64,000 nucleotides of DNA, taken from contig JANRKO010000073.1 of NCBI GenBank assembly GCA_033763455.1, positions 64,001 to 128,000 of the forward strand, read 5' to 3'. Position 1 is the stretch's first letter; every line of letters begins with the position of its first letter. Under the pieces are notes generated by a model. It worked only from the letters and a program-made list of their open reading frames with translations, was not told the origin of the DNA and searched no databases. This DNA comes from Polyangiaceae bacterium. GTDB taxonomy: Bacteria > Myxococcota_A > Polyangia > Polyangiales > Polyangiaceae. Positions 38,940 to 49,420 of this stretch are shown here, piece by piece. The position numbers and the translations under genes were made by a program.

Positions 38940-41609
38940 TCAAAACCCTTCGTAGAACTTAGCCACTGCAGCCTCGAGCTTCGATGCATCCGTGCCACCT
39001 GCCTGGGCCATATCGGGACGGCCGCCACCGGAGCCACCCACCATCTCAGCAATGGGCCGAATCAGGTCCCCTGCTTTGTAGCGCCCCGTGAGCGACTTGG
39101 CGACGGTGAGCACCAGCTGCGCTTTGTCGTCCGACTTCGAGCCAACGAGCACAATGCTGTCTCCCAGTTTGTCCCGCAGTTGCTCAGCCAATTCGCGCAA
39201 CGCCCCGCGGTCTGTAACCTCCGAGAGCAAACCTAATACTCGGATATCCCCCACTTGCTTTGCTTTTTCGAGCATCGCTTCGAGCGAACCGCCGCCGCCA
39301 CCAGTAGCCAATTTTCGCTGCAAGTCCTCAATTTGCTTTTCGAGGGCGCGGTGTTGGCCGATGAATTTCTCCATCTTCTCAACAAGATTGGTGGGGGTTG
39401 CTTTGGCAAGGTCCGCCACTTCCGCCAAGCTTCGTTCGATGCCGCGCAGATGGGCGAGCGTGCTTTTGCCTGCCGTTGCCGTGATGCGCCGCACTCCCGC
39501 CGCCACCCCGCCCTCGGAGGTGATCTTGAAAAGGCCGATATCCCCGGTTGCGCGCGCGTGCGTACCGCCGCATAGCTCAAGGGACGGGCCGATGTGCAGC
39601 ATTCGCACCGTGTCTCCGTATTTCTCTTCGAAGATCATCATCGCGCCGTGCTTTTTGGCCGCTTCAAGCGTCATCACCTCAGTAACAATCGGCGTATTTC
39701 GCAATACCTCAGCGTTCACCAGATCTTCGATCGCAGTGAGTTCACCGGTCGACAGTGCTTTTTGATGGGTGAAGTCGAAGCGCAGGCGTTCGGCACCCAC
39801 CTGCGATCCTTTCTGCTGGGCATGCGAACCGAGCGTCTTCCGAAGCGCCCAATGCAAAAGGTGCGTCACCGAATGGTGCCGGCGAGTCTGCTCACGCCGC
39901 TCGTGATCCACTTCTAGTCGAGCCTCGTCCCCTACCTGGACCGTACCCGTTTCCACTCGACCGCGGTGCACGACGCACCCAGGAAATGGCCGAACGGTGT
40001 CTTCGACGAGCACCACCGCTTCGCCTACTAGAATGCGCCCTTGATCCCCCAGTTGCCCACCTGATTCGGCGTAAAACGGTGTACGCTCCACGATGAGCTC
40101 CACGGCATCCCCCGCGGAGGCCGACTCCGAAAGCGTTCCGCGCCGCACGATCGCACAGATCTTGGAGAGATCACTCTCGCGCTCGTAGCCGGTAAACACA
40201 GTGGCTTCGCCTGGGAGCTTACTGCGTGCTTCCCGATAGACCTCTTCTACGGCGTGTTCGACCTCCTTAAACTCGCTCTTGCGCCGAGCTTCCTCTAACG
40301 CCGCATCGTAGCCAGCCTGCTCAACCACGAACCCGCGCTCTTGGCAGATTACATCCGTGAGGTCCAAGGGAAATCCATAAGTGTCGTACAGCTGAAACGC
40401 ATCTGCTCCCGGAAGCTCTCGTTGGCCCGTCTTATTTAGCTCCAGAAAACGTTCTTCCAGCAAGGATAGCCCGCGTTCAATCGTGTTTCTGAACCTCACT
40501 TCTTCGGCCTCCGCAAGGCTCAAGATAAGGTCTCGACGTTCGCGGAGCTCACCGTAGTGATCACCCATTAGATCGACAACCTTGGATGCCACCTGGTGCA
40601 GGAAAGGCTCAGTGATCCCGAGTCGGTGACCATGCCGAATTGCGCGCCGCATCACTCGACGCAGAACATATGAGCGACCAGCGCGATCCGGCGTGATCCC
40701 TTCAGCTATAAGGAAGGCGGTGGTGCGCGCATGGTCCGCAATCACACGCATACTCACGTCGTCGTTCGACATGCTTCCAGTGTACTTCTTCTTGGAGAGC
40801 GTCGCCGCCGTCTCGACGAGCTCGCGCAGTAGCTCAAGATCGTAGTTGCTGAGTTTTCCTTGGACTGCCGTAGAGAGGCGTTCAAGGCCGGCGCCGGTAT
40901 CAATGCTCGGCGCCGGCAAGGGATTCATGCGACTTTCCCCGTTCACGATGCTCTTTTCGAACTGCATGAACACGAGGTTCCAAAACTCGAGCCATCCGTA
41001 GCCTTCCGGCGTTTGCTCTTCTCCGAAGCGCTGCACGTCCACGTCTGGGCCGTTGCAAAAATAGATTTCGCTGCACGGGCCACAGGGGCCGGTATCGCCC
41101 ATCTGCCAGAAGTTGTCGGCCATGCCGAGCCCGCGAATTCTGTCGTCGCCGAACCCGGTGATCTTCTTCCAGAGATCGCGCGCAACCTCGTCCGCCGGGA
41201 TCCCTTCCTCACCCTTGAAGTAGGTCACCATCAGGCGATCCTTGGGCAGATCCAGATCCTTAGTGATAAACTCCCACGCAAAGTGGATTGCTTCTTCTTT
41301 GAAGTAGTCACCAAAACTGAAGTTGCCCAACATCTCGAAAAACGTTTGGTGCCGTGGCGAAGGCCCGACAGCCTCAAGATCGTTGTGTTTGCCGCTAATG
41401 CGAATGCATTTCTGGCTGGTGGTTGCGCGCTTATAGGCCCGCGTTTCGCGGCCGGTGAACAGGTCCTTGAATTGGACCATGCCCGCGTTGGCGAACATCA
41501 ACGTGGGATCATTGGCTGGAACCAGCGGGCCACTAGGCAGGACGGTATGGTTGTTTCTTTCAAAGAAACTCAAGAAAGCCTGCCGGATTTCAGCGGATGT
41601 CTTCGTCAT
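38940..41609 (-). CDS. alaS: Alanine--tRNA ligase
   Basis: DPTLMFANAGM, FFEMLGNFSFGDYFK, GPCGPCSEI, editing motifs HSVTH and ELCGGTH, GGGRPDMAQAG. Confidence 0.99.
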   Translation of the reverse strand: MTKTSAEIRQAFLSFFERNNHTVLPSGPLVPANDPTLMFANAGMVQFKDLFTGRETRAYKRATTSQKCIRISGKHNDLEAVGPSPRHQTFFEMLGNFSFGDYFKEEAIHFAWEFITKDLDLPKDRLMVTYFKGEEGIPADEVARDLWKKITGFGDDRIRGLGMADNFWQMGDTGPCGPCSEIYFCNGPDVDVQRFGEEQTPEGYGWLEFWNLVFMQFEKSIVNGESRMNPLPAPSIDTGAGLERLSTAVQGKLSNYDLELLRELVETAATLSKKKYTGSMSNDDVSMRVIADHARTTAFLIAEGITPDRAGRSYVLRRVMRRAIRHGHRLGITEPFLHQVASKVVDLMGDHYGELRERRDLILSLAEAEEVRFRNTIERGLSLLEERFLELNKTGQRELPGADAFQLYDTYGFPLDLTDVICQERGFVVEQAGYDAALEEARRKSEFKEVEHAVEEVYREARSKLPGEATVFTGYERESDLSKICAIVRRGTLSESASAGDAVELIVERTPFYAESGGQLGDQGRILVGEAVVLVEDTVRPFPGCVVHRGRVETGTVQVGDEARLEVDHERREQTRRHHSVTHLLHWALRKTLGSHAQQKGSQVGAERLRFDFTHQKALSTGELTAIEDLVNAEVLRNTPIVTEVMTLEAAKKHGAMMIFEEKYGDTVRMLHIGPSLELCGGTHARATGDIGLFKITSEGGVAAGVRRITATAGKSTLAHLRGIERSLAEVADLAKATPTNLVEKMEKFIGQHRALEKQIEDLQRKLATGGGGGSLEAMLEKAKQVGDIRVLGLLSEVTDRGALRELAEQLRDKLGDSIVLVGSKSDDKAQLVLTVAKSLTGRYKAGDLIRPIAEMVGGSGGGRPDMAQAGGTDASKLEAAVAKFYEGF

Positions 41610-41733
41610 AGCGGCGGAGTCCTACCACGGGCGGCGCGCAAGTCATCGCTCTGTCATTTGACCCTCAAATTACCCCTCGCCAGCAGGCCTCCGAGGCCCC
41701 ATAACTTACCCACCTCGGTCGAAAGGATGCGCC

Positions 41734-42744
41734 ATGAAAGAGTACAAGAAGCCCGCGGACGCTGTGCTCCGGGCCCAACTGACGCCGCTTCAATATGAAG
41801 TCACCCAGCACGATGCCACCGAGCCACCCTTTCGGAATGCATTCTGGGATCAACACGATGCCGGGATTTACGTAGACGTAGCCAGCGGGGAGCCGCTGTT
41901 CAGCTCCCTCGACAAGTTCGACTCGGGCACTGGCTGGCCGAGCTTTTGCCGCCCCCTACACCCGGAGATGATCGTAGAACACCGCGACACGAGTTATGGC
42001 CACGTGCGCATTGAGGTGCGTTCGCGCTTTGGCAATTCGCACCTTGGCCACGTATTCCCTGACGGCCCGAAAGAAACCGGCCTGCGTTATTGTATCAACT
42101 CAGCATCGCTCCGCTTCATTCCGCAGGCAGACCTGGTAAAGGCCGGTTACGGCGAATATGTTGCTCTTTTTGCCGGGGCCACGGCCAACATGGCTGCTCA
42201 CACGGACAACGTTTGTGCTGTTCCCGGTCCCGGTGAGGCAGGAAGCTGCGAAACCACCCTGGAAACGGCGCTGCTAGCCGGCGGTTGCTTCTGGGGCATG
42301 GAGGACCTCTTGCGGCGCATTCCAGGAGTTTTGGATACAGACGTTGGTTACACCGGCGGGCATACGCCCCGCCCCACGTATGAACAGGTGAAGACCGGGC
42401 GAACTGGGCATACTGAGGCGGTGCGCGTCGTGTTCGATCCGAAGCGGCTTTCCTACGCGGATCTGCTGGAAAACTGGTTCTTCCGCATGCACGATCCCAC
42501 CACCGCTAACCGTCAAGGGAACGATATCGGAACACAATATCGCTCCGCGATCTTTTTCACGTCCGATGAGCAGAAGCGAGTTGCACACGAGGTGAAAGAG
42601 CGTGTCGCCCGTGCCGGCAAATGGCGGGCTCCCATTGTCACCGAAATTGTCGAGGCTTCGGAGTTTACGGAGGCCGAAGGCTATCATCAGGATTACCTGG
42701 AGCAGCATCCGGGAGGCTACACCTGTCACTTCCTGCGCGACTGA
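41734..42744 (+). CDS. msrAB: Bifunctional methionine sulfoxide reductase MsrB-MsrA
   Basis: MsrB motifs GTGWPSF, HLGHVF, RYCINS, followed by MsrA motifs [21 protein letters not shown]. Confidence 0.96.
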   Translation: MKEYKKPADAVLRAQLTPLQYEVTQHDATEPPFRNAFWDQHDAGIYVDVASGEPLFSSLDKFDSGTGWPSFCRPLHPEMIVEHRDTSYGHVRIEVRSRFGNSHLGHVFPDGPKETGLRYCINSASLRFIPQADLVKAGYGEYVALFAGATANMAAHTDNVCAVPGPGEAGSCETTLETALLAGGCFWGMEDLLRRIPGVLDTDVGYTGGHTPRPTYEQVKTGRTGHTEAVRVVFDPKRLSYADLLENWFFRMHDPTTANRQGNDIGTQYRSAIFFTSDEQKRVAHEVKERVARAGKWRAPIVTEIVEASEFTEAEGYHQDYLEQHPGGYTCHFLRD

Positions 42745-42842
42745 GGTGGGGCACGGTTCCAACGGCACGCGATAGCTTAGCCCTAGCGCGTGTTTCCGAA
42801 GGACGACGCTGGAACCCCGGGGGTATTCCGGAAGCGCGACAC

Positions 42843-44870
42843 GTGGGCGCACTCTCTGCTCTGGAAAAAGCCTGGCTCGAGCATTGGCTTTCACCGGGCG
42901 AACTCGTCCTCGGCTGGATAGCTATTGCGAAGAGCCCCGTCGACAGCAGCTACAAATCCAGATTATCGCGCCCCCCCGCGCACTTCCTGCTTACCGATCG
43001 GCGCATGGCGTTGGTGGGGTTATCGGTTCTTGGAGAAGAAAATGTTCGAGTCCTCCCGCGAGCCGCTCTCCGCCTAGAACGATTCGGCCGAAACGCACGA
43101 GTGCGAGTTGAGGAAAACGAATGGGTGGTGCGAGCTAAAAACGCTCGTTTGCAAGCTGAGCTTGCCGAAGCCACAGGTCTTTTGCCGCCGCAACGCCTCC
43201 GCGAGGTGGCGCGCTTGAATTGGGTTCGTTCGGATATCGACCCAGTTAGAGCATTCGTTGAGCGCGCTCTTGCTTACTCGGCGGCCCAGGATGATCCGCT
43301 CGCAATGGCAGCCACCGTCTTTTTGAAACTGGAAGCGGCGTCTCCTCCTGGAGCAACAGAGCTCACTCTTTTGGTGCACGCGCTCAAACGAGACAGCCTG
43401 CCGGCAGTGTGCTTGAGCGACGTTTGGGCCGAGTGGCAGATTTCGGCGACCAGCGGGCAAGCGTTGGTTCGCTTGCTGCGCACGCAAGACGCTGAGCCGT
43501 GGGCCTTGTGCTTGCACCAGAGTATCTATCGAACCAAGCGATCCGAAAATCGTGTGCTGCAGCTGGAGAATGCCGTGGAGTTGGGAGAACACCTCTCTTC
43601 TATTCCCCAACCCAGCTTCGCTCGGGCCCTTCTGGAACAGTATGTTCGCGAACATGAGGGTGACCTCACGTTCATGGCTCCCCCTAGCCACGAGGAGGGC
43701 CTCCTCACACGGCTTTACGAAACGTTGACGCACTCAGCCCGTGTAGGCGCGACGCTCGAACATGGGAGTTTGCTAAGGCTCCTACAGCTGAGGCCCTTCG
43801 AAGTCACCCGTGCAGAGCGCCTGTCCGAAAACGCACCCGAACCTTTGGCAAGCCGAGCGAGCGCGGTCGCTTCCCTGCTAAAACCGGGCGGAGCGTTGAA
43901 GGTCGTCGCGGTAACCACCCATGCGGCTCCCACGGCGGCACTTTCCGAAACCCACATCTCTGAGGCGCTTCGACACCCGAGCGCACGCCGCAGCCCCGGC
44001 GTGCTCACATCCTTGAAAACCATTGTGGCTCATGCGCCGACCCCCGATCCGAGACACTTGACCGCCTTCTGCCAGCGTTTGGATCCAGGTGTTTATCCAG
44101 ATGCATTCGCCGCAATCCGTGAGGGCAGCGTCATGCTGGGGCTCAGCGAACTTCCGGTTTTCGTTTCTCGTGGAGACAAAACGGTCGGGGTTCGAGCGTT
44201 TGGACAGACCCCACCTTTCCTCTTAATTGGCGGCAGCCACCTCGACCCTAAAGGCCCTCACTTTCTCGGCCTAGCGGAGCTTCGCTTCGCAATCGGTGCG
44301 GAGCTTCTGCACCTACGCCTCGGGCACACGCGGGTTACCACCAACGAATTCTGGGCGGGTGCGCTGACGAAAATCGGAAACGGCATCGAGCTTGTCGCGA
44401 CACTACTCCCAGCCCTGAAAGGTTGGAGGCTCGCCCATCGGCTCCACCACACCTTCAGCAAGCTACCCGCCGGCACGCTCGGCCAGCTTGCCTCGGCAGC
44501 GAACAAGGCGGGCGCCACGTTCCGCCGGTCTCTGCCCGAAAGCGATCAGCTTTCGCCTCCCAACGAACAATTGTTGGAAGCGACGCGCCTGCTCCAGCTG
44601 AGTGCAGATCGAGCGGGGCTGCTGTTGAGCCGAGACCCGGCGGCGGCAATTCGATCGATCCTACTCACGCGGCGGGAGCACCTCCCACTTCTCCACATGC
44701 TCAAAACCATGAGCCTTGAAGAGGCGTTGATGTCACCACCAACAGCTGGCAGCGCGCTTTGGGACCTGAAGTTGCGCGTGGGGGCACTCATCGGATTTTA
44801 CGTCTCCGATACCTATGAACGTCTATGTTTCGAACTCGAACAGCCGACCCAACTGTCGGCTCGGGCATAA
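42843..44870 (+). CDS. Multidomain protein: PH-like N-terminus, helical middle, degenerate M48/HtpX-like C-terminus
   Basis: HFLLTDRRMALV; ELRFAIGAELLHLRLGH and LSADRAGLL; start uncertain (ORF open from 42621). Confidence 0.55.
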   Translation: MGALSALEKAWLEHWLSPGELVLGWIAIAKSPVDSSYKSRLSRPPAHFLLTDRRMALVGLSVLGEENVRVLPRAALRLERFGRNARVRVEENEWVVRAKNARLQAELAEATGLLPPQRLREVARLNWVRSDIDPVRAFVERALAYSAAQDDPLAMAATVFLKLEAASPPGATELTLLVHALKRDSLPAVCLSDVWAEWQISATSGQALVRLLRTQDAEPWALCLHQSIYRTKRSENRVLQLENAVELGEHLSSIPQPSFARALLEQYVREHEGDLTFMAPPSHEEGLLTRLYETLTHSARVGATLEHGSLLRLLQLRPFEVTRAERLSENAPEPLASRASAVASLLKPGGALKVVAVTTHAAPTAALSETHISEALRHPSARRSPGVLTSLKTIVAHAPTPDPRHLTAFCQRLDPGVYPDAFAAIREGSVMLGLSELPVFVSRGDKTVGVRAFGQTPPFLLIGGSHLDPKGPHFLGLAELRFAIGAELLHLRLGHTRVTTNEFWAGALTKIGNGIELVATLLPALKGWRLAHRLHHTFSKLPAGTLGQLASAANKAGATFRRSLPESDQLSPPNEQLLEATRLLQLSADRAGLLLSRDPAAAIRSILLTRREHLPLLHMLKTMSLEEALMSPPTAGSALWDLKLRVGALIGFYVSDTYERLCFELEQPTQLSARA

Positions 44871-45005
44871 TCCACGCCCCCAATGGGCCAGAACGCTCCC
44901 CCCTCGCCCAGGGTCAACTGTTATTCCCGTTGATTGCTAGGTCGAACGGCCGAGTTGCGTCCATTCGCGATCTGTTCGAAGAGCGGAGCCTTGAGGGAAA
45001 AAGAG

Positions 45006-48000
45006 ATGGCAAACGCAGGCGCAAGTGCGAAAGAGAGAGCCTCAGAAGTTCGCTTAGGGTTGGTGCTCTACGGTGGCGTATCGCTAGCTATCTACATGAA
45101 CGGCGCCGTGAACGAACTATTTCGAGCGGTGCGAGGGAGAGGTCCGTTCTTTCTGATCAAAGAGCTATTGGATGCGGAGATCACCGTCGACATCGTAAGT
45201 GGCACATCCGCTGGGGGTATCAACGGGATCTTCCTCGGATTTGCGCTGGCTAACGAACGAGAGTTCGGAACGTGTGCGGCGCTCTGGCGCGAAAATGGAG
45301 CGCTCTCAACACTTCTCAGGAAAACCGACGAACTCGAAGATGACGTGCGCTCGGTGCTCGACAGCGCACACTATCAGAAGCTGTTAACGCGCGGTTTTCG
45401 GACCATGTGGAATACGCCCATAGCCATGGGACGAGAAGCTCCAAGCGTCGTTAAGGAATTGGACCTCTTCATTACCGGGACCAACTTCTACGGCAGCATC
45501 ACCCGCAAGACAGACTCGTTCGGCCACGAGCTCGACGTAAAGAGCCACCAGACCCTGTTTTGGCTCAAACACCGGGAGCAACGAAAAGAGCAATTGTCAC
45601 CCATCTGCGACGCACGGGGAATGGCCCTCGGGGTTAGCCACATCGACGAGAATGCCGGTCTTCTAGCCTTCGGCAAGCTGGCCCAGATCACCTCTTGCTT
45701 CCCCGGCGCCTTCGCGTCCGTGTGCGTGGGAGATGCGCGTGGTGCGGATGAGGCGGCGGCGGATGCCAAGCTGCAAATGTGGGGGAACCTCCAGCCGGGC
45801 ACCCATTATTTCGTCGACGGCGGAGTGCTCGACAACAAGCCTTTCACCAGCACCCTCAACGCGATCTACTACCGAACTTCGCTACGCCCCGTGTGCAGGC
45901 ACTTGATTTATCTGGAACCGGATCCAGAACGCTTCCCGAGGACCAGCAATCCGCCTGCGCCGAAGGCTCCAAGCTTCGTCCGCACCGTGCTGGACTCGCT
46001 CTCGGGTATTCCCTCATACGAGAGCATCGCAGGAGATCTTGAGGCCATCCGTGCTCGCAACGAAACCATTGACCGCTTCGCACAACTCGAACGAATTTCG
46101 AAGGCATCCAACGAGGAGGCTGCGGCTCCTGAAAACTCGATACATGCAGATAGGTTCTATCTGCGTACGCGTTACCTTGGCCTTGCGCAGCGGGTTCTAG
46201 ACCAGCTGAGCGGTGACCCGATGGCCAGAAGCGCGCAGCGCGAGCTTCAAACGGCCTTTGACCTGGATCCACCGAGCGATCCGAAGCTGCTTTTCGCAAT
46301 AGACGTTGAGTACCCGTTGCGCCGCCTCATGGATCTAACGGACGAACTGCACGCCCGAGAAGCGGGATCACAAAGCATCTCCCCGGCCTCGCCCGAGGGT
46401 GCGACTGAACGCCACCGCGTTTGGAAGTATGCGAATGCTCAAATTGAGATCCTGGAGGTCATTCGTTCGGCGCTCTTCCGCGCACTGACTCCTACCGGGG
46501 AGCTTCGGGGCCTATCGTACTGGAGGTGGGCACTCTGCAAAGCCCAACTGGTGCTCAACAACGAAGGGTTGCTCGACGCGGGCGCTTCGCTTTCCACTCG
46601 ACACGAGCTTGGCCCACACGATCTTGATCAATTAAAAAAAGAGCTACAGCACCGCTCAGAAATCTATAAAAACGGCCTCCCGAACGACACCGTACGCACC
46701 AGCGCAGAGTCTATTCTTACTGTGCTCGGCGCTGCCCATGAGAAGTTCATCAGTGGTTGCACAGATCCGCTTGCACAACAGGTATTTTTCAACTTCGAAT
46801 CAAAAGATCGCCTACGTTACCCGCTGCAACTTGCGTCGGGCATCCACGAACTCGATCGCATCCGTGTGAGCCGCTTCAGCCCGATGGATGCGCAGCGCGG
46901 ATACTGCAATAGGCCCATCGAAGAAAAGCTGAGCGGGGATACCTTGGGACACTTTGGGGCATTCCTGAAGCGTTCTTGGCGCTCCAACGACATCCTTTGG
47001 GGGCGCCTCGACGGAGTTTGCCAACTACTCGAGACACTACTTATTAACACCCATTTTGTAGCACACGAAGCCAAGCAGGACGATATCGCTGAGGTTAGGA
47101 AGCGCCCGCTGCATCCGCTTCGGCTTTCGAAGCTACGCGAGGCCCTGGGGCCTCAGCGCAGCCAGATCGAAACGAACCTCGCTTCCCTTTTCCCCTCCCT
47201 CAGCCAGAAGAAAGACGCGTCCATCCAGCTCGCTCCACTTGCTGATTGGATCCACCGAGGGCTGCCAGAGCTCAACACGCACGAAACACGCAATGAATTT
47301 CTCAACCTTCTCACCGAAGTCGCTCAGCTCGACATTCTGTGTGAGGAGCTTCCCCGCGTCGTTGCAGACGCCGCCCAAGATCAGCTCGAGTGGAATCAGT
47401 ACCCCCGAACGGAAGCTGGGGACAGTCTGACTACGGAGTTTATACCCGGGAAAACCCAACTTGACCCAGCACTGATCGCTGCCTCGGTTCACCAACTCGC
47501 GCAGAATTTTTCGAATTCGAAGAGTGCCACGGCGCTCGGGGACTACTTCAGAAACGACTACAAAGTGGGCGGGGAAACCCTAAAGGACATTCCCCAAACG
47601 GTGCTTGCCGCTCTCGGGGCACAGGCAGCAGTGGTGAGCGAACGAGCACTCACGAGCGGCAGCAACCGTGTCGCAAAATCCATCACCAACTCGACCCTGT
47701 ACGGCCTCATCATTCGCACGCCATTTCGTATCATTTCAAGCTTGGCCTCGGCCGTGAATCGCTCGCCAAGCTCCCGGAAGCCCGTGTTGATGGCGTCGAT
47801 AGGGTACATCGCCTTGGCGATTTCCATGAACGTGCTGTATAGCAACGAGCTCTACGCAAGCGCTGGCTTCAGACGAGGTTTCGCCCTCGCCGCTTTTGTC
47901 GGGATCCCCCTGTTCTTGTTGGCTCTTGTCGGCGCTTGGGTGCGCAACTGGACGGGGCGCATCTTGACGCTGATATTCTTACTCATCGCTGCCAGCACCT

Positions 48001-48065
48001 TACTCATCACAAGCCAAGCATCTCAGCCCTTGAGCCCAGCTGTGGCTCCGAAGCCTTCGCGCTAG
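45006..48065 (+). CDS. Patatin-like phospholipase with DUF3376 and C-terminal TM helices
   Basis: LYGGVSLAIYM, GTSAG, DGGVLDN, LGHFGAFLKRSWRSNDILWGRLDG; GAGG RBS before ATG 45006. Confidence 0.88.
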   Translation: MANAGASAKERASEVRLGLVLYGGVSLAIYMNGAVNELFRAVRGRGPFFLIKELLDAEITVDIVSGTSAGGINGIFLGFALANEREFGTCAALWRENGALSTLLRKTDELEDDVRSVLDSAHYQKLLTRGFRTMWNTPIAMGREAPSVVKELDLFITGTNFYGSITRKTDSFGHELDVKSHQTLFWLKHREQRKEQLSPICDARGMALGVSHIDENAGLLAFGKLAQITSCFPGAFASVCVGDARGADEAAADAKLQMWGNLQPGTHYFVDGGVLDNKPFTSTLNAIYYRTSLRPVCRHLIYLEPDPERFPRTSNPPAPKAPSFVRTVLDSLSGIPSYESIAGDLEAIRARNETIDRFAQLERISKASNEEAAAPENSIHADRFYLRTRYLGLAQRVLDQLSGDPMARSAQRELQTAFDLDPPSDPKLLFAIDVEYPLRRLMDLTDELHAREAGSQSISPASPEGATERHRVWKYANAQIEILEVIRSALFRALTPTGELRGLSYWRWALCKAQLVLNNEGLLDAGASLSTRHELGPHDLDQLKKELQHRSEIYKNGLPNDTVRTSAESILTVLGAAHEKFISGCTDPLAQQVFFNFESKDRLRYPLQLASGIHELDRIRVSRFSPMDAQRGYCNRPIEEKLSGDTLGHFGAFLKRSWRSNDILWGRLDGVCQLLETLLINTHFVAHEAKQDDIAEVRKRPLHPLRLSKLREALGPQRSQIETNLASLFPSLSQKKDASIQLAPLADWIHRGLPELNTHETRNEFLNLLTEVAQLDILCEELPRVVADAAQDQLEWNQYPRTEAGDSLTTEFIPGKTQLDPALIAASVHQLAQNFSNSKSATALGDYFRNDYKVGGETLKDIPQTVLAALGAQAAVVSERALTSGSNRVAKSITNSTLYGLIIRTPFRIISSLASAVNRSPSSRKPVLMASIGYIALAISMNVLYSNELYASAGFRRGFALAAFVGIPLFLLALVGAWVRNWTGRILTLIFLLIAASTLLITSQASQPLSPAVAPKPSR

Positions 48066-48647
48066 TTAGCGCGCGTCGATCCCCATGTTCGCCAATTCAT
48101 CGGCTTCTTTGTTCTCCGCACGCGGCACATGCAAGAGCACTACCCGTTCAAACTCCTTGAGCACTTTCTTGGCTTCCAAGTAGAGGGGCTTTAGCCCTTC
48201 GTTCTTGACTGCGTAGTTGCCCTTCAGTTGCTCGATCATCAACTGGGAGTCGGCCCGCACTTCAAGCACGGTTACGCCCGCGCGTAGGGCGGCCTCGGCC
48301 CCGCGAATGAGCGCTGTGTATTCGGCTACATTGTTCGTTGTTTTCCCGATGAACTCGCTTACCGTTGCGATCACGGTGCCGTCCGCCGCTTTTACGATGG
48401 CACCAACACCCGCAAGGCCTGGGTTTCCGCGGCTTGCTCCATCTGTCCACACCGTGGCTCGAAGCGGAGTAACCTTGCCATCGCCAGCCGCGACGGGAAC
48501 AGGCTCTGTCGGCTGACATCCTTCCAGGATGCGTGCCGCCTCGCGTAGGACGCCGCGCTTAGCCTCGGAAAGGGCGAGCTCACTGTCGTTGATCAGCTTG
48601 TGCAGGAGCTGGATGGCAAGTTCAAGGTCACGCTGGGGAAAGGCCAC
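48066..48647 (-). CDS. rnhA: Ribonuclease HI with N-terminal helical extension
   Basis: TDGASRGNPG, TNNVAEY, DSQL, HVPRAENKEADELAN. Confidence 0.92.
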   Translation of the reverse strand: MAFPQRDLELAIQLLHKLINDSELALSEAKRGVLREAARILEGCQPTEPVPVAAGDGKVTPLRATVWTDGASRGNPGLAGVGAIVKAADGTVIATVSEFIGKTTNNVAEYTALIRGAEAALRAGVTVLEVRADSQLMIEQLKGNYAVKNEGLKPLYLEAKKVLKEFERVVLLHVPRAENKEADELANMGIDAR

Positions 48648-48710
48648 GTGGCTATCTAGCGTCGTTAGGCGCCACGGTCGACCCTCTCTCTGCGAGGCTG
48701 GAGACCTTAA

Positions 48711-49277
48711 TCAGTGCGCGGCTGCAGCTCGCAAGGCCTTCGCAGCCCGACGGATCGCACTCGAAACAGCGGCGTCCAACACCGAGGCCTGGATGGCAGA
48801 ATTTCGCCCTGGATTTTTCATGTCCGAGACGCTCCCGCGTGCGCTAGCGTGGCCCGAAAGCGTCGCCGCAATAGCTTCTTCGGGCATGCGATGGAGCGTA
48901 TATTCGACCTCCGCGCTGTAGAAAACGTCCGAGCCGGAGCGGCGCGCCGATAAATCTCTCACCTTGGCTGTGACGAGTACAGTCGGCCGACCGTTAGCCT
49001 GCGGCGACGAGCTATCGTCGGCCAACACGTGGACCCCTGGGAGCGCCGAGAAACGCTCGCGGGTGGCCGCGCGCACCGCCGCATCCAGACTCTTGGAAGC
49101 AGCTTTCGCGCCGTTGCGAACCCCACCCAAACGAACGAACACCTCCGAATTGGAAACGCGCCGGGCGGCCGAAGGAGTCTTCCCTGCCCGAGCGGCATCA
49201 GCGGCCGTCGCCCACAGCAGGGCACTCAAGCCAAAACCCACGATCCATCGCATGCTGTGCCAGACAGGGCGCTTCAT
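48711..49277 (-). CDS. Hypothetical secreted protein
   Basis: Signal peptide ending ADA; basic alpha/beta domain. Confidence 0.6.
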   Translation of the reverse strand: MKRPVWHSMRWIVGFGLSALLWATAADAARAGKTPSAARRVSNSEVFVRLGGVRNGAKAASKSLDAAVRAATRERFSALPGVHVLADDSSSPQANGRPTVLVTAKVRDLSARRSGSDVFYSAEVEYTLHRMPEEAIAATLSGHASARGSVSDMKNPGRNSAIQASVLDAAVSSAIRRAAKALRAAAAH

Positions 49278-49420
49278 TTCGTTCTTCTATGTTGCGGTCA
49301 ATCCACCTGCTCTCGCAACTTATTTGCGTGCCTCCGATGCATTTTGAACGCACAGAATCCGTGCACGTGCGAGGCTTGGGCCTAGTCAGCGGAAGTGTAT
49401 CGCGACAGAATCATCTTGCT

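Noticed and set aside
40860..41798. 312-aa plus-strand ORF
   Set aside because: Antisense shadow of alaS.
48066..48647. RNase H as part of a retroelement or retron
   Set aside because: No reverse transcriptase or ncRNA nearby; an ordinary stand-alone RNase HI.
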